DNA of 64,000 bases from Nemertoderma westbladi. Its lineage: Eukaryota; Animalia; Xenacoelomorpha. Shown one piece after another: positions 26,101 through 40,600 of this stretch (position 1 is its first letter; each line of letters starts with the position of its first letter). The stretch is taken from assembly GCA_032718475.1 (NCBI GenBank), contig JAUCBJ010006677.1, positions 1 through 64,000 of the forward strand, in the 5' to 3' direction. Made by a program: the position numbers and the translations under genes. The notes beneath the pieces were generated by a model. It was given only the letters and a program-made list of their open reading frames with translations, made no database searches and was not told the DNA's origin.

Positions 26101-29100
26101 ATACAATATAGGAACAAAGTGAACGCTGTAACATACAATATAGGAACAAAGTGAGCGCTGTAATATACAATATAGGAACGAAGTGAACGCTGTAACATAC
26201 AACATAGGAACGAAGTGAATGCTGTAATATACAATATAGGAACGAAGTGAACGCTGTAATATACAATATAGGAACGAAGTGAACACTGTGACATACAATA
26301 TAGGAACGAAGTGAATGCTGTAATATACAATATAGGAACGAAGTGAACGCTGTAATATACAATATAGGAACGAAGTGAACGCTGTAACATACAATATAGG
26401 AACGAAGTGAACGCTGTAACATACAATATAGGAACGAAGTGAATGCTGTAATATACAATATAGGAATGAAGTGAGCGCTGTAATATACAATATAGGAACG
26501 AAGTGAATGCTGTAATATACAATATAGGAACGAAGTGAACGCTGTAATATACAATATAGGAACGAAGTGAACGCTGTAACATACAATATAGAAATGAAGT
26601 GAGCACTGTAACATACAATATAGGAACGAAGTGAACGCTGTAACATACAATATAAGAACGAAGTGAACGCTGTAACATGCAATATAGGAACGAAGTGAAT
26701 GCTGTAATATACAATATAGGAACGAAGTGAATGCTGTAACATACAATATAGGAACAAAGTGAGCGCTGTAATATACAATATAGGAACGAAGTGAATGCTG
26801 TAATATACAATATAGGAACGAAGTGAATGCTGTAATATACAATATAGGAACGAAGTGAATGCTGTAATATACAATATAGGAACGAAGTGAACGCTGTAAC
26901 ATACAATATAGGAATGAAGTGAATGCTGTAATATACAATATAGGAACAAAGTGAACGCTGTAACATACAATATAGGAACAAAGTGAATGCTGTAATATAC
27001 AATATAGGAACGAAGTGAACGCTGTATCATACAATATAGGAATGAAGTGAATGCTGTAATATACAATATAGGAACGAAGTGAATGCTGTAACATACAATA
27101 TAGGAATGAAGTGAACGCTGTAATATACAATATAGGAACGAACTGAACGCTGTAACATACAATATAGGAACGAAGTGAATGCTGTAATATACAATATAGG
27201 AACGAAGTGAATGCTGTAATATACAATATAGGAACGAAGTGAATGCTATAATATGCAATATAGGAACGAAGTGAACGCTGTAATATACAATATAGGAACA
27301 AAGTGAATGCTGTAACATACAATATAGGAACGAAGTGAATGCTGTAATATACAATATAGGAACGAAGTGAATGCTGTAATATACAATATAGGAACGAAGT
27401 GAATGCTGTAATATACAATATAGGAACGAAGTGAACGCTGTAATATACAATATAGGAACGAAGTGAATGCTGTAATATACAATATAGGAACGAAGTGAAT
27501 GCTGTAATATACAATATAGGAACGAAGTGAATGCTATAATATGCAATATAGGAACGAAGTGAACGCTGTAACATACAATATAGGAACGAAGTGAATGCTG
27601 TAATATTCAATATAGGAATGAAGTGAATGCTGTAATATACAATATAGGAACGAAGTGAATGCTATAATATGCAATATAGGAACGAAGTGAACGCTGTAAT
27701 ATACAATATAGGAACGAAGTGAATGCTGTAATATACAATATAGGAACGAAGTGAATGCTGTAATATACAATATAGGAACGAAGTGAACGCTGTAACATAC
27801 AATATAGGAATGAAGTGAACGCTGTAATATACAATATAGGAACGACGTGAACGCTGTAACATACAATATAGGAACGAAGTGAACGCTGTAATATACAATA
27901 TAGGAATGAAGTGAACGCTGTAATATACAATATAGGAACGACGTGAACGCTGTAACATACAATATAGGAACGAAGTGAACGCTGTATCATACAATATAGG
28001 AACGAAGTGAACGCTGTAATATACAATATAGGAATGAAGTGAACGCTGTAATATACAATATAGGAACGAAGTGAACGCTGTAACATACAATATAGGAACG
28101 AAGTGAACGCTGTAATATACAATATAGGAACGACGTGAACGCTGTAACATACAATATAGGAACGAAGTGAACGCTGTATCATACAATATAGGAACGAAGT
28201 GAACGCTGTAATATACAATATAGGAATGAAGTGAACGCTGTAATATACAATATAGGAACGAAGTGAACGCTGTAATATACAATATAGGAACGAAGTGAAC
28301 GCTGTGACATACAATATAGGAACGAAGTGAACGCTGTAATATACAATATAGGAACGAAGTGAACGCTGTGACATGCAATATAGGAACGAAGTGAACGCTG
28401 TAATATACAATATAGGAACGAAGTGAACGCTGTAATATACAATATAGGAATGAAGTGAACGCTGTAATGTACAATATAGGAACGAAGTGAACGCTGTATC
28501 ATACAATATAGGAACGAAGTGAACGCTGTAATATACAATATAGGAATGAAGTGAACGCTGTAATATACAATATAGGAACGACGTGAACGCTGTAACATAC
28601 AATATAGGAACGAAGTGAACGCTGTATCATACAATATAGGGACGAAGTGAACGCTGTAATATACAATATAGGAATGAAGTGAACGCTGTAATATACAATA
28701 TAGGAACGAAGTGAACGCTGTGACATACAATATAGGAACGAAGTGAATGCTGTAATATACAATATAGGAACGAAGTGAACGCTGTGACATGCAATATAGG
28801 AACGAAGTGAACGCTGTAATATACAATATAGGAACGAAGTGAACGCTGTAATATACAATATAGGAACGAAGTGAACGCTGTAATATACAATATAGGAACG
28901 AAGTGAACACTGTATCATACAATATAGGAACGAAGTGAACGCTGTATCATACAATATAGGAACGAAGTGAATGCTGTAATATACAATATAGGAATGAAGT
29001 GAATGCTGTAACATACAATATAGGAACGAAGTGAACGCTGTAATATACAATATAGGAACGAAGTGAACGCTGTAACATACAATATAGGAATGAAGTGAAT

Positions 29101-29176
29101 GCTGTAACATACAATATAGGAATGAAGTGAATGCTGTAACATACAATATAGGAACGAAGTGAACGCTGTAACATAC
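5138..29176. repeat. 32-bp satellite, block 1 (~751 monomers)
   Basis: Consensus ATACAATATAGGAACGAAGTGAACGCTGTAAY. The same register occurs at 5141 and 29141 (24000 = 750 x 32). Confidence 0.99.
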
Positions 29177-29477
29177 TGTGGCGTACAGGGGTGTGGGATA
29201 TGGAGTTAGGTTGTTGACACGGTTGCCTAGCAACGATCTAGGATTCTGGTTGTAGGCTATGTACCGGTACCTCTTCAGTACAGACTTACTGAGTTGTGCA
29301 ACTCGTCATCCTACAATATATGAATTACAATACTGCCGTATACAGATAACAAATCTTATTATTATAACTTCATAATTTAGCCTGACGCTAAACTGGTGAC
29401 CCAGCATGGTGAACTCGCTAATTTAAACAGTTGCAGAATAATCCCCATGTTCAGCTATTAGCCTATTAACTACCGGT

Positions 29478-30206
29478 ATGCCTCTCGCTGCTGAGGATAT
29501 TGCGGCCCTCGCCACGGCCCTCCAAGGCCTCCTTCCTGCTGCTTCCGGCTCCGACACAACCGGAACCTCAGTAAATGCCGTCGGAGTCAAACTCCCCACG
29601 TTCTGGACCGAGAACCCGGAGATCTGGTTCTCCCAAGTCGAGGCTCAGTTCGCCACGCGCAACATAACTGTAGACTTAACCAAGTTTCACCACGTGGTTG
29701 CTGCGTTGGATAACACTACGGCCAAAGAAGTTGGACCAATACTTCTCGATCCGCCGGCGGGAGACAACAAGTATAGAACGCTGAAGCGCGCCCTCGTCGC
29801 CGCTTTCGGTAAAACCCAGGCTCAGAGAGACAACGAACTTTTGTCCCTTTCTGGACTCGGTGACCGCCGACCTACCGGTCTCCTCCGCCACATGAGATCC
29901 CTCAACGCGGACCCAGCACGTTGGTCGCCGCCAACGGCAGTCCGATTGCCACTTGGGGCAGGAGGGCGATCTGCCTCCACCTCGGCAACGGGCGGGTCTT
30001 CACGCAGGAATTCTACATGGCGAATGTCTCTTCCCCAATCCTCGGCGCCGACTTCTTCTTCTCCAACCAGTTGGCCATCGACCTTGCAGGGAGATGCCTC
30101 ATCGATATGTCGAACCCTACAGCGATCCCGACCAAGATCGCCTGCTATTCGACCGCTATCGCCGGCATCCGCATCCCTACTACAGGTCCCTGCGAGCGAC
30201 TCATTG
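29478..30206 (+). pseudogene. Gypsy gag N-terminus plus partial protease (internal deletion and frameshift near 29915)
   Basis: The gag motif KLPTFW..PEIWFSQVEAQF runs to LNADP and then jumps, in another frame, to the protease segment LVAANGSPIATWG..ILGADF. The gag zinc knuckle and the catalytic D[ST]G are absent. Confidence 0.85.
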
Positions 30207-30934
30207 GTCTTTTTATTAACTCCAGAAAGACCAAAATTCTGACAGTTAACTTTGAAAGTCCTCAGCAAGTCTCTGATCGGATGAGCATAAGCTCAAAGGA
30301 TGGTATGCTTGAGCATGTGGACGACTTCTGTTACCTGGGATCATGGATCCGGAAGTCAGGTGAGGACCTTCGAATACGTAAGGGAAAGGCATGGGCAGCC
30401 TTGAATAGGCTTTTCAGGATTTGGAAGTCACCTAGAATTAATCGGAAACTTAAGGTCCGATTATTTAGAGCAGCAGTAGTTCCAGGACTCCTCTAGGGGA
30501 GTCCATGCTGGGCTCTAACTGCTGAGGACACCAAATCTCTGGATGGCACATTCACAAGAATGCTACGCCGGGTACATTGTGTCAAGTACAATGCACACAT
30601 CTCCAACCAGACACTATATAACATTGGAGGTGTCTCATTGGTTCCCCCAAGCTTGACACTAGAACAAAATCGCCTCCGCTTTGCAGGACATTGCTTTCGC
30701 CGTGAGGACCAGCCAGTGCATAATCTTGTACTTTGGCAGCCTCATGGAGTGAATAAGCATGGTGGACAGCCCATGACTTTCTTGAGACGCATCTTAAAGG
30801 ACACTGGCCTTAAAGATGCGGATGATCTAGCAAATGTTATGGGTGATAGGGAGTTGTGGCGGCGCAATTTTGTTGACAAGCCGGCACAGCATTCTTAAAA
30901 ATGCAGCTGCAATGCAGCATGCCGATCCTAGTAG
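30207..30934 (+). mobile_element. 5'-truncated RTE family A fragment nested in Gypsy pol
   Basis: Near-identical to ~40431-41158, ends in TAGTAG, and has TSD CATTG (30202-30206 / 30935-30939). Removing it restores the Gypsy reading CERLIDEFP. It carries a premature TAG at 30494. Confidence 0.95.
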
Positions 30935-33593
30935 CATTGACGAGTTCCCGGAGCTCCTCATCCCTTGGTTCGAGCCGACTGCGTTGAATAAACATGGTGT
31001 AGAGCACCACATTATTACGGAGGGACCTCCTCTACACGCTCGCGCCCGCCGACTCGACGCCGAGAAACTCGTGGTGGCCAAGGCCGAGTTCGCCAAGATG
31101 GAGAAACTCGGCATAATCCGGCGTTCCAACTCGCCGTGGGCCTCCCCGCTCCACATCGCCCCCAAACCCGGCGGCGGTTGGCGGCCCTGTGGGGACTACC
31201 GCCGTCTCAACGACGCCACCGTCGACGACCGGTACCCCCTACCACACATCCAAGACTTCAACGGTCACCTGGATGGAATGTCGGTCTTCTCTAAGATCGA
31301 CCTGGTACGGGGATACCACCAGATCCCCATGGCGACCAAAGATACACCAAAGACGGCGATCATCACTCCCTTCGGCCTTTGGGAGTTCATCCGAATGCCG
31401 TTCGGACTTAAGAACGCCGCCCAGGCGTTCCAGCGGTTAATGGACGGCATTCTACGCGGCATTCCGTTCGCGTTCGTCTACCTCGACGACATCCTGGTAG
31501 CGAGTCGCTCTGTCGCCGAACACATCGACCACCTCCGCCAAGTCTTCCGACTCCTCTCGGACTACGGGATGGTTTTGAACCGCACCAAGTGCGTCTTCGG
31601 TGTCCCGGAACTGACATTCCTCGGTCACAAAGTTACATCCTCGGGAATCCTTCCTCTCGAAGACCGATTTGACGCTATCCGCGACTATCCGACCCCGGAC
31701 TCCAAACTCAGCCTCCAACGCTTCCTCGGCATGGTAAACTACTACCACTGCTTCATGCCAAGGTTGGCCGACAAACTCTGCCCATTGTACGAGGCCACCA
31801 AGTCGAAGAGTCAGACGATTCAGTGGACTCCCGAATGCCAAACGGCATTCGAGTCTGCCAACTCCTCCCTCGCTGCTGCAACCCTCCTCCACCACCCCAA
31901 CTCAACCGCCACCACGAGCGTCACTGTCGACGCTTCTGATAAGGCTGTTGGCACTAAACTCGAACAGCTACACGGCGAGGTGTGGTGCCCTGTTGCATTT
32001 TTCTCGCGAAAACTCTCGACTGCTGAAGCGAAATATTCTGCATTCGATCGCGAGTTACTAGCGGCAAACCTCGCCATTAAACACTTTCGACACTACGTTG
32101 AAGGTCGAACCTTTACGGTTTATACCGACCATAAACCGCTGACCTTCGCGTTGACCAGCGCCGCTGAATGTTCTCCCCGCCAAACTTGCCATATGTCATT
32201 TATTGCCGAGTTTATGACGGATATTCAGCACGTCAGTGGCAAAGATAACGTCGTCGCCGACGCCCTGTCCCGCGCCCCGGTAGCCGCCATCCTCTCACCG
32301 ACCATCGACTTCCGGCAACTCGCCACGGCACAGCAAACATCTGCTGCAGTCAACACCTACCGGACCGCCATTACCAGCCTCGTCATCGAAGACGTCCCAT
32401 TCGGTGACTTCACCATCCTGTGCGACGTCTCCACGGGCAGAACCCGACCCATAATCCCCATGGAGTGGACTCGACGCGTCTTCAACGCAATCCACGGACT
32501 CGGCCATTCTGGGAACCGCCCAACCCAACGCGCCATCTCGTCCCGTTTCATCTGGCACGGACTGAAACGTGACGTCAGACGATGGTGCCAGGAGTGCCAT
32601 GCGTGTCAGGCCTCTAAGATTCACCGACACGTCCACGCCCCACTGACTCGACAACAACCTCCCGACCACCGATTCGACAGCCTACATGTCGACATCGTCG
32701 GCCCTCTACCCGTGTCCAAAGGTATGACATATATGTTTACCGTAATCGACAGGTTTAGCCTTTGGCCCGAAGTTATTCCAATGGCAGACTCAACCACTGA
32801 GACATGCTCTCGAGCCCTCCTCCGACATTGGATATCCTGTTTCAGTATCCCCAGTCACGTTACTTCCGACAGAGGCGCCCAGTTCACCTCCCACCTTTGG
32901 GCCGATATCCACCGCCTCCTCGGTATATCGGCATCCAACACAACGGCCTACCATCCACAGGCCAACGGGATGGTTGAGCGCCTCCATCGGCAGCTGAAGG
33001 CCTCCCTCAAGGTGCCTCTCGTCGGCCCCAACTGGATGGACGAACTCCCCATGGTCCTCCTCAACATCCGGACCGCGTGGCGCGAGGACTCCGGCTGCTC
33101 CCCCGCCGACCTCATCTACGGGACCAGCCTCCACATCCCCGGCGAGTTCATCGCTCCAGTGCCGCGATCGGAGCCTCCATCCTCGGACTTCCTTCTCCAA
33201 CTCCAGGACTCTATGCGCGCCGTTGCTCCGCCGATTCTGGAGTTCCACGGCCGTCGTACGACTTCCGTTCCGGACAACCTCGGCTCAACCGGATACGTTT
33301 ACGTCCGGCGCGATGCCCACCGCAGACGACTACAGCGCCCGTACTCTGGCCCTTACAGAGTCCTACAAAAATCAGAGAAATACTTTGTTCTCAATGTCAC
33401 CGGCCGCCGAGAGACCGTGTCCGTCGACCGTCTCAAGGTGGCCTACGGTTGCGGCATCCAACCAGCCCAACCTCCTCCCGAAACTCAACCCACTCCTACA
33501 GTACAAACTCATTCATCTCCGCCAGTTACACCGCCTGCGCCACTAATAACCACAAGATCTGGTCGCATCATAAATCCCCCCAGATACTTATAG
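30935..33593 (+). CDS. Gypsy pol (RT, RNase H, integrase), open but disconnected from gag-pro
   Basis: Motifs WASPLH, DYRRLN, MPFGLKNA, YLDDILV, DAS, YSAFDRELLA, HHCC-type IN zinc finger, DIVGPL, SDRGAQF, NGMVER and YSGPY. The track ORF start at 30834 lies inside the RTE insert. Confidence 0.85.
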
Positions 33594-33849
33594 GTTACCT
33601 TCTCGTTTCATTTCCTTACACTGGGGGGAGCATTGTGGCGTACAGGGGTGTGGGATATGGAGTTAGGTTGTTGACACGGTTGCCTAGCAACGATCTAGGA
33701 TTCTGGTTGTAGGCTATGTACCGGTACCTCTTCAGTACAGACTTACTGAGTTGTGCAACTCGTCATCCTACAATATATGAATTACCATACTGCCGTATAC
33801 AGATAACAAATCTTATTATTATAACTTCATAATTTAGCCTGACGCTAAA

Positions 33850-36800
33850 ATACAATATAGGAACGAAGTGAACGCTGTAACATACAATATAGGAACGAAG
33901 TGAACGCTATAATATACAATATAGGAACAAAGTGAACGCTGTAACATACAATATAGGAACGAAGTGAACGCTGTATCATACAATATAGGAACGAAGTGAA
34001 TGCTGTAATATACAATATAGGAACGAAGTGAACGCTGTAACATACAATATAGGAACGAAGTGAACGCTGTAACATACAATATAGGAACGAAGTGAACGCT
34101 GTATCATACAATATAGGAACGAAGTGAATGCTGTAACATACAATATAGGAATGAAGTGAACGCTGTAACATACAATATAGGAACGAAGTGAACGCTGTAA
34201 TATACAATATAGGAACAAAGTGAACGCTATAATATACAATATAGGAACAAAGTGAATGCTGTAACATACAATATAGGAATGAAGTGAACGCTGTAACATA
34301 CAATATAGGAACGAAGTGAATGCTGTAATATACAATATAGGAACAAAGTGAACGCTATAATATACAATATAGGAACAAAGTGAATGCTGTAATATACAAT
34401 ATAGGAATGAAGTGAATGCTGTAATATACAATATAGGAACGAAGTGAATGCTATAATATGCAATATAGGAACGAAGTGAACGCTGTAATATACAATATAG
34501 GAATGAAGTGAACGCTGTAACATACAATATAGGAACAAAGTGAATGCTGTAATATACAATATAGGAACGAAGTGAACGCTGTAACATACAATATAGGAAC
34601 GAAGTGAATGCTGTAACATACAATATAGGAACGAAGTGAATGCTTTAACATACAATATAGGAATGAAGTGAACGCTGTAACATACAATATAGGAACGAAG
34701 TGAACGCTGTAACATACAATATAGGAACGAAGTGAACGCTGTAACATACAATATAGGAACGAAGTGAACGCTGTAATATACAATATAGGAACAAAGTGAA
34801 TGCTGTAACATACAATATAGGAACGAAGTGAACGCTGTAACATACAATATAGGAACAAAGTGAACGCTGTAATATACAATATAGGAACAAAGTGAACGCT
34901 GTAACATACAATATAGGAACGAAGTGAATGCTGTAACATAAAATATAGGAACAAAGTGAACGCTGTAACATACAATATAGGAACGAAGTGAATGCTGTAA
35001 CATACAATATAGGAACGAAGTGAACGCTGTAATATACAATATAGGAACAAAGTGAACGCTGTAACATACAATATAGGAACGAAGTGAATGCTGTAACATA
35101 CAATATAGGAACGAAGTGAATGCTGTAACATACAATATAGGAACGAAGTGAATGCTGTAACATACAATATAGGAACAAAGTGAACGGTGTAACATACAAT
35201 ATAGGAACGAAGTGAACGCTGTAACATACAATATAGGAACAAAGTGAACGGTGTAACATACAATATAGGAACGAAGTGAATGCTGTAACATACAATATAG
35301 GAACGAAGTGAACGCTGTAACATACAATATAGGAACGAAGTGAATGCTGTAACATACAATATAGGAACGAAGTGAACGCTGTAACATACAATATAGGAAC
35401 AAAGTGAACGCTGTAATATACAATATAGGAACAAAGTGAACGCTGTAACATACAATATAGGAACGAAGTGAATGCTGTAACATAAAATATAGGAACAAAG
35501 TGAACGCTGTAACATTCAATATAGGAACAAAGTGAATGCTGTAACATACAATATAGGAACGAAGTGAACGCTGTAATATACAATATAGGAACAAAGTGAA
35601 CGCTGTAACATACAATATAGGAACAAAGTGAACGCTGTAACATACAATATAGGAACGAAGTGAATGCTGTAATATACAATATAGGAACGAAGTGAATGCT
35701 GTAACATACAATATAGGAACGAAGTGAACGCTGTAACATACAATATAGGAATGAAGTGAATGCTGTAATATATAATATAGGAACGAAGTGAATGCTGTAA
35801 CATACAATATAGGAACGAAGTGAACGCTGTATCATACAATATAGGAACAAAGTGAATGCTGTAACATACAATATAGGAACGAAGTGAATGCTGTAACATA
35901 CAATATAGGAACAAAGTGAATGCTGTAACATACAATATAGGAACGAAGTGAACGCTGTAATATACAATATAGGAACGAAGTGAATGCTGTAATATACAAT
36001 ATAGGAACAAACTGAACGCTGTAATATACAATATAGGAACAAAGTGAATGCTGTAACATACAATATAGGAACGAAGTGAACGCTGTAACATACAATATAG
36101 GAACGAAGTGAACGCTGTAACATACAATATAGGAATGAAGTGAATGCTGTAATATATAATATAGGAACGAAGTGAATGCTGTAACATACAATATAGGAAC
36201 GAAGTGAATGCTGTAATATACAATATAGGAACGAAGTGAATGCTGTAACATACAATATAGGAACGAAGTGAACGCTGTAACATACAATATAGGAACGAAG
36301 TGAACGCTGTAACATACAATATAGGAACGAAGTGAACGCTGTATCATACAATATAGGAACAAAGTGAATGCTGTAACATACAATATAGGAACGAAGTGAA
36401 TGCTGTAACATTCAATATAGGAACAAAGTGAATGCTGTAACATACAATATAGGAACGAAGTGAACGCTGTAATATACAATATAGGAACGAAGTGAATGCT
36501 GTAATATACAATATAGGAACGAAGTGAACGCTGTAACATACAATATAGGAACGAAGTGAATGCTGTAATATACAATATAGGAACGAAGTGAACGCTGTAA
36601 TATACAATATAGGAACGAAGTGAGCGCTGTAATATACAATATAGGAACGAAGTGAATGCTGTAATATACAATATAGGAACGAAGTGAATGCTGTAATATA
36701 CAATATAGGAACAAAGTGAACGTTGTAACATACAATATAGGAACAAAGTGAATGCTGTAACATACAATATAGGAACGAAGTGAATGCTGTAACATTCAAT

Positions 36801-37695
36801 ATAGGAACAAAGTGAATGCTGTAACATACAATATAGGAACGAAGTGAACGCTGTAATATACAATATAGGAACGAAGTGAATGCTGTAATATACAATATAG
36901 GAACGAAGTGAACGCTGTAACATACAATATAGGAACGAAGTGAATGCTGTAATATACAATATAGGAACGAAGTGAATGCTGTAATATACAATATAGGAAC
37001 GAAGTGAATGCTGTAATATACAATATAGGAACGAAGTGAGCGCTGTAATATACAATATAGGAACGAAGTGAATGCTGTAATATACAATATAGGAACGAAG
37101 TGAATGCTGTAATATACAATATAGGAACGAAGTGAACGCTGTAACATACAATATAGGAACGAAGTGAATGCTGTAACATACAATATAGGAATGAAGTGAA
37201 CGCTGTAATATACAATATAGGAACGAAGTGAATGCTGTAATATACAATATAGGAACGAAGTGAACGCTGTAATATACAATATAGGAACGAAGTGAGCGCT
37301 GTAATATACAATATAGGAACGAAGTGAATGCTGTAATATACAATATAGGAACAAAGTGAATGCTGTAATATACAATATAGGAACGAAGTGAATGCTGTAA
37401 TATACAATATAGGAACGAAGTGAATGATGTAATATACAATATAGGAACAAAGTGAACGTTGTAACATACAATATAGGAACGAAGTGAACGCTGTAACATA
37501 CAATATAGGAACGAAGTGAACGCTGTAATATACAATATAGGAACGAAGTGAATGCTGTAATATACAATATAGGAATGAAGTGAATGCTGTAACATACAAT
37601 ATAGGAACGAAGTGAACGCTGTAACATACAATATAGGAACGAAGTGAATGCTGTAATATACAATATAGGAACGAAGTGAATGCTGTAACATACAA
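33850..37695. repeat. 32-bp satellite, block 2 (~120 monomers)
   Basis: Same monomer; register 33850 to 37690 = 120 x 32. Confidence 0.99.
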
Positions 37696-40600
37696 GGCAT
37701 ACATACAGGGTACAGGGCATGACCCAGCAGATGAGCTGCAACAGCCAATGGTGGGTCATGTACGCCAGAGTAGATATGGGTGATGGGCCTCATATCTGAC
37801 TCCATTGCGACACCCACCCTGTGGAATGGCAAACCAGGGTGTGGTATTTGCCCCGAGAGCTGACTCGGCAAAAAAGCACCCCCCAACCCCCACTATGGAT
37901 TACATTAGCAATGCGGAGGTCCGGCCACTAGAGGCCAGTGGAATTACCGGACACAATCGGCCTCACAGGCGTCAGTTAACTCCTGACCGGCTGCCTGTCT
38001 CACCCCCTACTGGAGAGAGAGCAGCCAACAATTCTTTGAGTCCCTTTCCTGATGACCTTTCTGGCCCAAACCCTGGGTCACCAGGGAGGCCAGATTCTGA
38101 TGGGGAGAGGGATTCTGGAGTTGGAGGCTACTCTCATGTTCCACCCCGACCAACAAAGCCATTGGTGAATCTGAGGCAAGTCACTAGACTAGCCTCAGTA
38201 AACACCCTAACACTCGGGTCCCCAATGCGACAAGGTGAGCTGACTGCCTTGGCAGATAAGCTTTCTCTTAGCGCAGTGGGTGTTCAAGAGCACCGAATGC
38301 AGACTGGACAGACTGATGAGGTTCTGATTAAGGACATGGGGGGCGGTTGGCGACTCGCCCTCGCGTCAGCAGATGATAGTGGCAATGGTGGAATTGGTCT
38401 ATTGATGAATCCAACTGCACATGCAGCATTGGACAAAATAGACCAAATCTCTAACCGCATCATCCGTTGCCACTTCTCATGTTCTGGAAGACTGGCTAAG
38501 AAGTTTCCTAAGGTGGTTCTGATTGTGTGCTACTCTCCAACTAGTGTTGCCCCTGTAGAGGAGGTGGAAAATTTCTACCACAATCTACAAGCAGCAACTG
38601 ATGGAGTGGATCAGCATGCATTCTTAACATTCCTGGGAGACTTTAATGCAAGTCTGCATCAATCACCTACATCGCCCTGGGTCTATAGCAATAGTGTTAA
38701 CCGAAATTATGTCCATCTTCAGGATTTTATCTCTGGAAATGGATTGTTTTCGGCTGGAACCCAGTTCAAGAAGCGAACTGGAAAGCTATGGACTCATAGT
38801 GGACCCAGTGGTCACAAGTCCCAGATAGACCATATTCTGTTTCGTAGGAAATACAGGAGCTCTATACAAGACTGTAATGCATTTACACTTAGACCCTTCT
38901 CCAGTGATCACCGCCTTATTGTGGCCAAGGTAAGACTTAGTCTGCGTGCTAGCAGAACAACGAAATCTGCCTTGCCACGGCATGACTGGTCCTCTCTGTT
39001 GCAACAGCCAAGTGTGAGATCCAGCTTCACACTACAGCTGAGCAACAGGTATGAGGCTCTTGCCTCTGAGGCGGCAGATCACTGTGAGGGCTATACTGCC
39101 TTTACAGAAGCAGTTAAGTTAGCAGCTGCAGAAACAGTTCCTGTATACCCTCGAAACAGGAAAAGGGCCCCCTGGACTGACAACAAAATTCAGAAGTGCC
39201 GAAATGACCTTCATAAGGCGCAGAAAGAGTCCCGACTCAAACAGACTACAGCGGCCAAGAATGCAGTTAAAGCTGCATCTAGGTCCCTGAACAGGCAGTA
39301 CTCTGTTAATCTACAGGAGCTAATAAACCAACAGGTTGATGCCATCAATGATGCTGACGACAGCAGGCAATCATCCCAGGCATGGAAATCGATCAATCTG
39401 CTTACTGGGCGGAAAAGCCAACCAACCACCAAGGTTAAGGCTGAATCACCAGCCGATCGCCTCAATGGTTGGAAAGCCCACTTTGAAAAGCTCCTCAATA
39501 ATGACAGGGTATTGCCTGATAACTTTATAGAAGTAAAAGTGTCTGAGTCTGTACTCCCAGATATTCCCATTGGCGATATCTCCTTTGCAGAAGTGAAGGC
39601 TGCTGCAAAGAGCATTAAGACCAATCGTGCCAGTGGAGTAGATGGTGTTCCCCCTGAGGTCTTTAAAATACCTGAGTGTTTAAAGCTCATCTATCCCATC
39701 ATAGTAGACATGTACCGTACAACAAGAGTCCCACAAGAAATGAAAACAAATAAGTTGGTGCCAGTTCCCAAGAAGGGCAACCTAACACTCTATGGTTCTT
39801 TTCGGGGAATCTCATTGATCTCGATTGCTGCAAAACTATACAATAGAATTCTATTAAATCGCATCAGGGATCCCATTGAGAGACTGCTACGTGGAAATCA
39901 GAATGGGTTCCGTAAAGGTCGTGGGACCATGGAGCCCATTTTGGCACTTAGAAGGATAATTGAAGAGTTATCAAAAAAGAAAGACAGGCATCTGGCTGTT
40001 ATCTTTGTTGACTTCTTCAAGGCCTTTGATTCAGTCTCTCGCTCACGTATGTTCAGCATACTTTCATTATATGGGATTCCTGATGAAATTATTGCAGCAA
40101 TCAGATCAGTATACGATGGTTCGACAACATTTGTGTCTACTGTTGACGGTGACACAGAACCATTTGAAGTGTTATGGGGCGTCCTCCAAGGAGACACACT
40201 TGCACCATTCTTGTTCATTATTGTGGTTGACTATGTTCTACGCATGTCCTTAGATCATCATAATGATGATGGGGTGATGATAACTCCACCTACTGGCTCC
40301 AGAAGTCGAGGAAATCCTGCCAAGTACCTAACTGATCTAGACTTTGCTGATGACTTAGGAGTACTCTCAGAATCATTAGAGGGAGCCCAGCGGCTCCTCA
40401 GCTCATTAGAACATGCTGCTTCTAGTGTTGGTCTTTTTATTAACTCCAGAAAGACCAAAATTCTGACAGTTAACTTTGAAAGTCCTCAGCAAGTCTCTGA
40501 TCGGATGAGCATAAGCTCAAAGGATGGTATGCTTGAGCATGTGGACGACTTCTGTTACCTGGGATCATGGATCCGGAAGTCAGGTGAGGACCTTCGAATA

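Larger units (their letters stand above)
29177..33849 (+). mobile_element. Ty3/Gypsy LTR retrotransposon (CsRN1-like), defective
   Basis: 216-bp LTRs at 29177-29392 and 33634-33849 with one mismatch seen, and a 4-bp TSD ATAC (29173-29176 / 33850-33853). The PBS TGGTGACCC at 29394 is tRNA-Trp-like and a PPT GGGGGGAG precedes the 3' LTR. Domain order is gag, PR, RT, RH, IN. Confidence 0.95.

Noticed and set aside
30834-30934. N-terminal extension of the 919-aa pol ORF
   Set aside because: It derives from an alternative frame of the inserted RTE 3' end and is not genuine Gypsy protein.
31189-33712. Numerous overlapping antisense and alternative-frame ORFs in Gypsy pol (similar ones in RTE and BEL)
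   Set aside because: They are shadow ORFs of GC-rich or long coding sequence with no recognisable motifs.
5067-37886. Giant minus-strand ORFs (up to 6455 aa) of repeating YSVHFVPILYVTAFTSFLYCMLQRSLRSYIV
   Set aside because: The 32-bp monomer lacks stops on that strand, so all three frames give the same 32-aa repeat. There is no frame preference, and the ORFs are antisense to the host intron.
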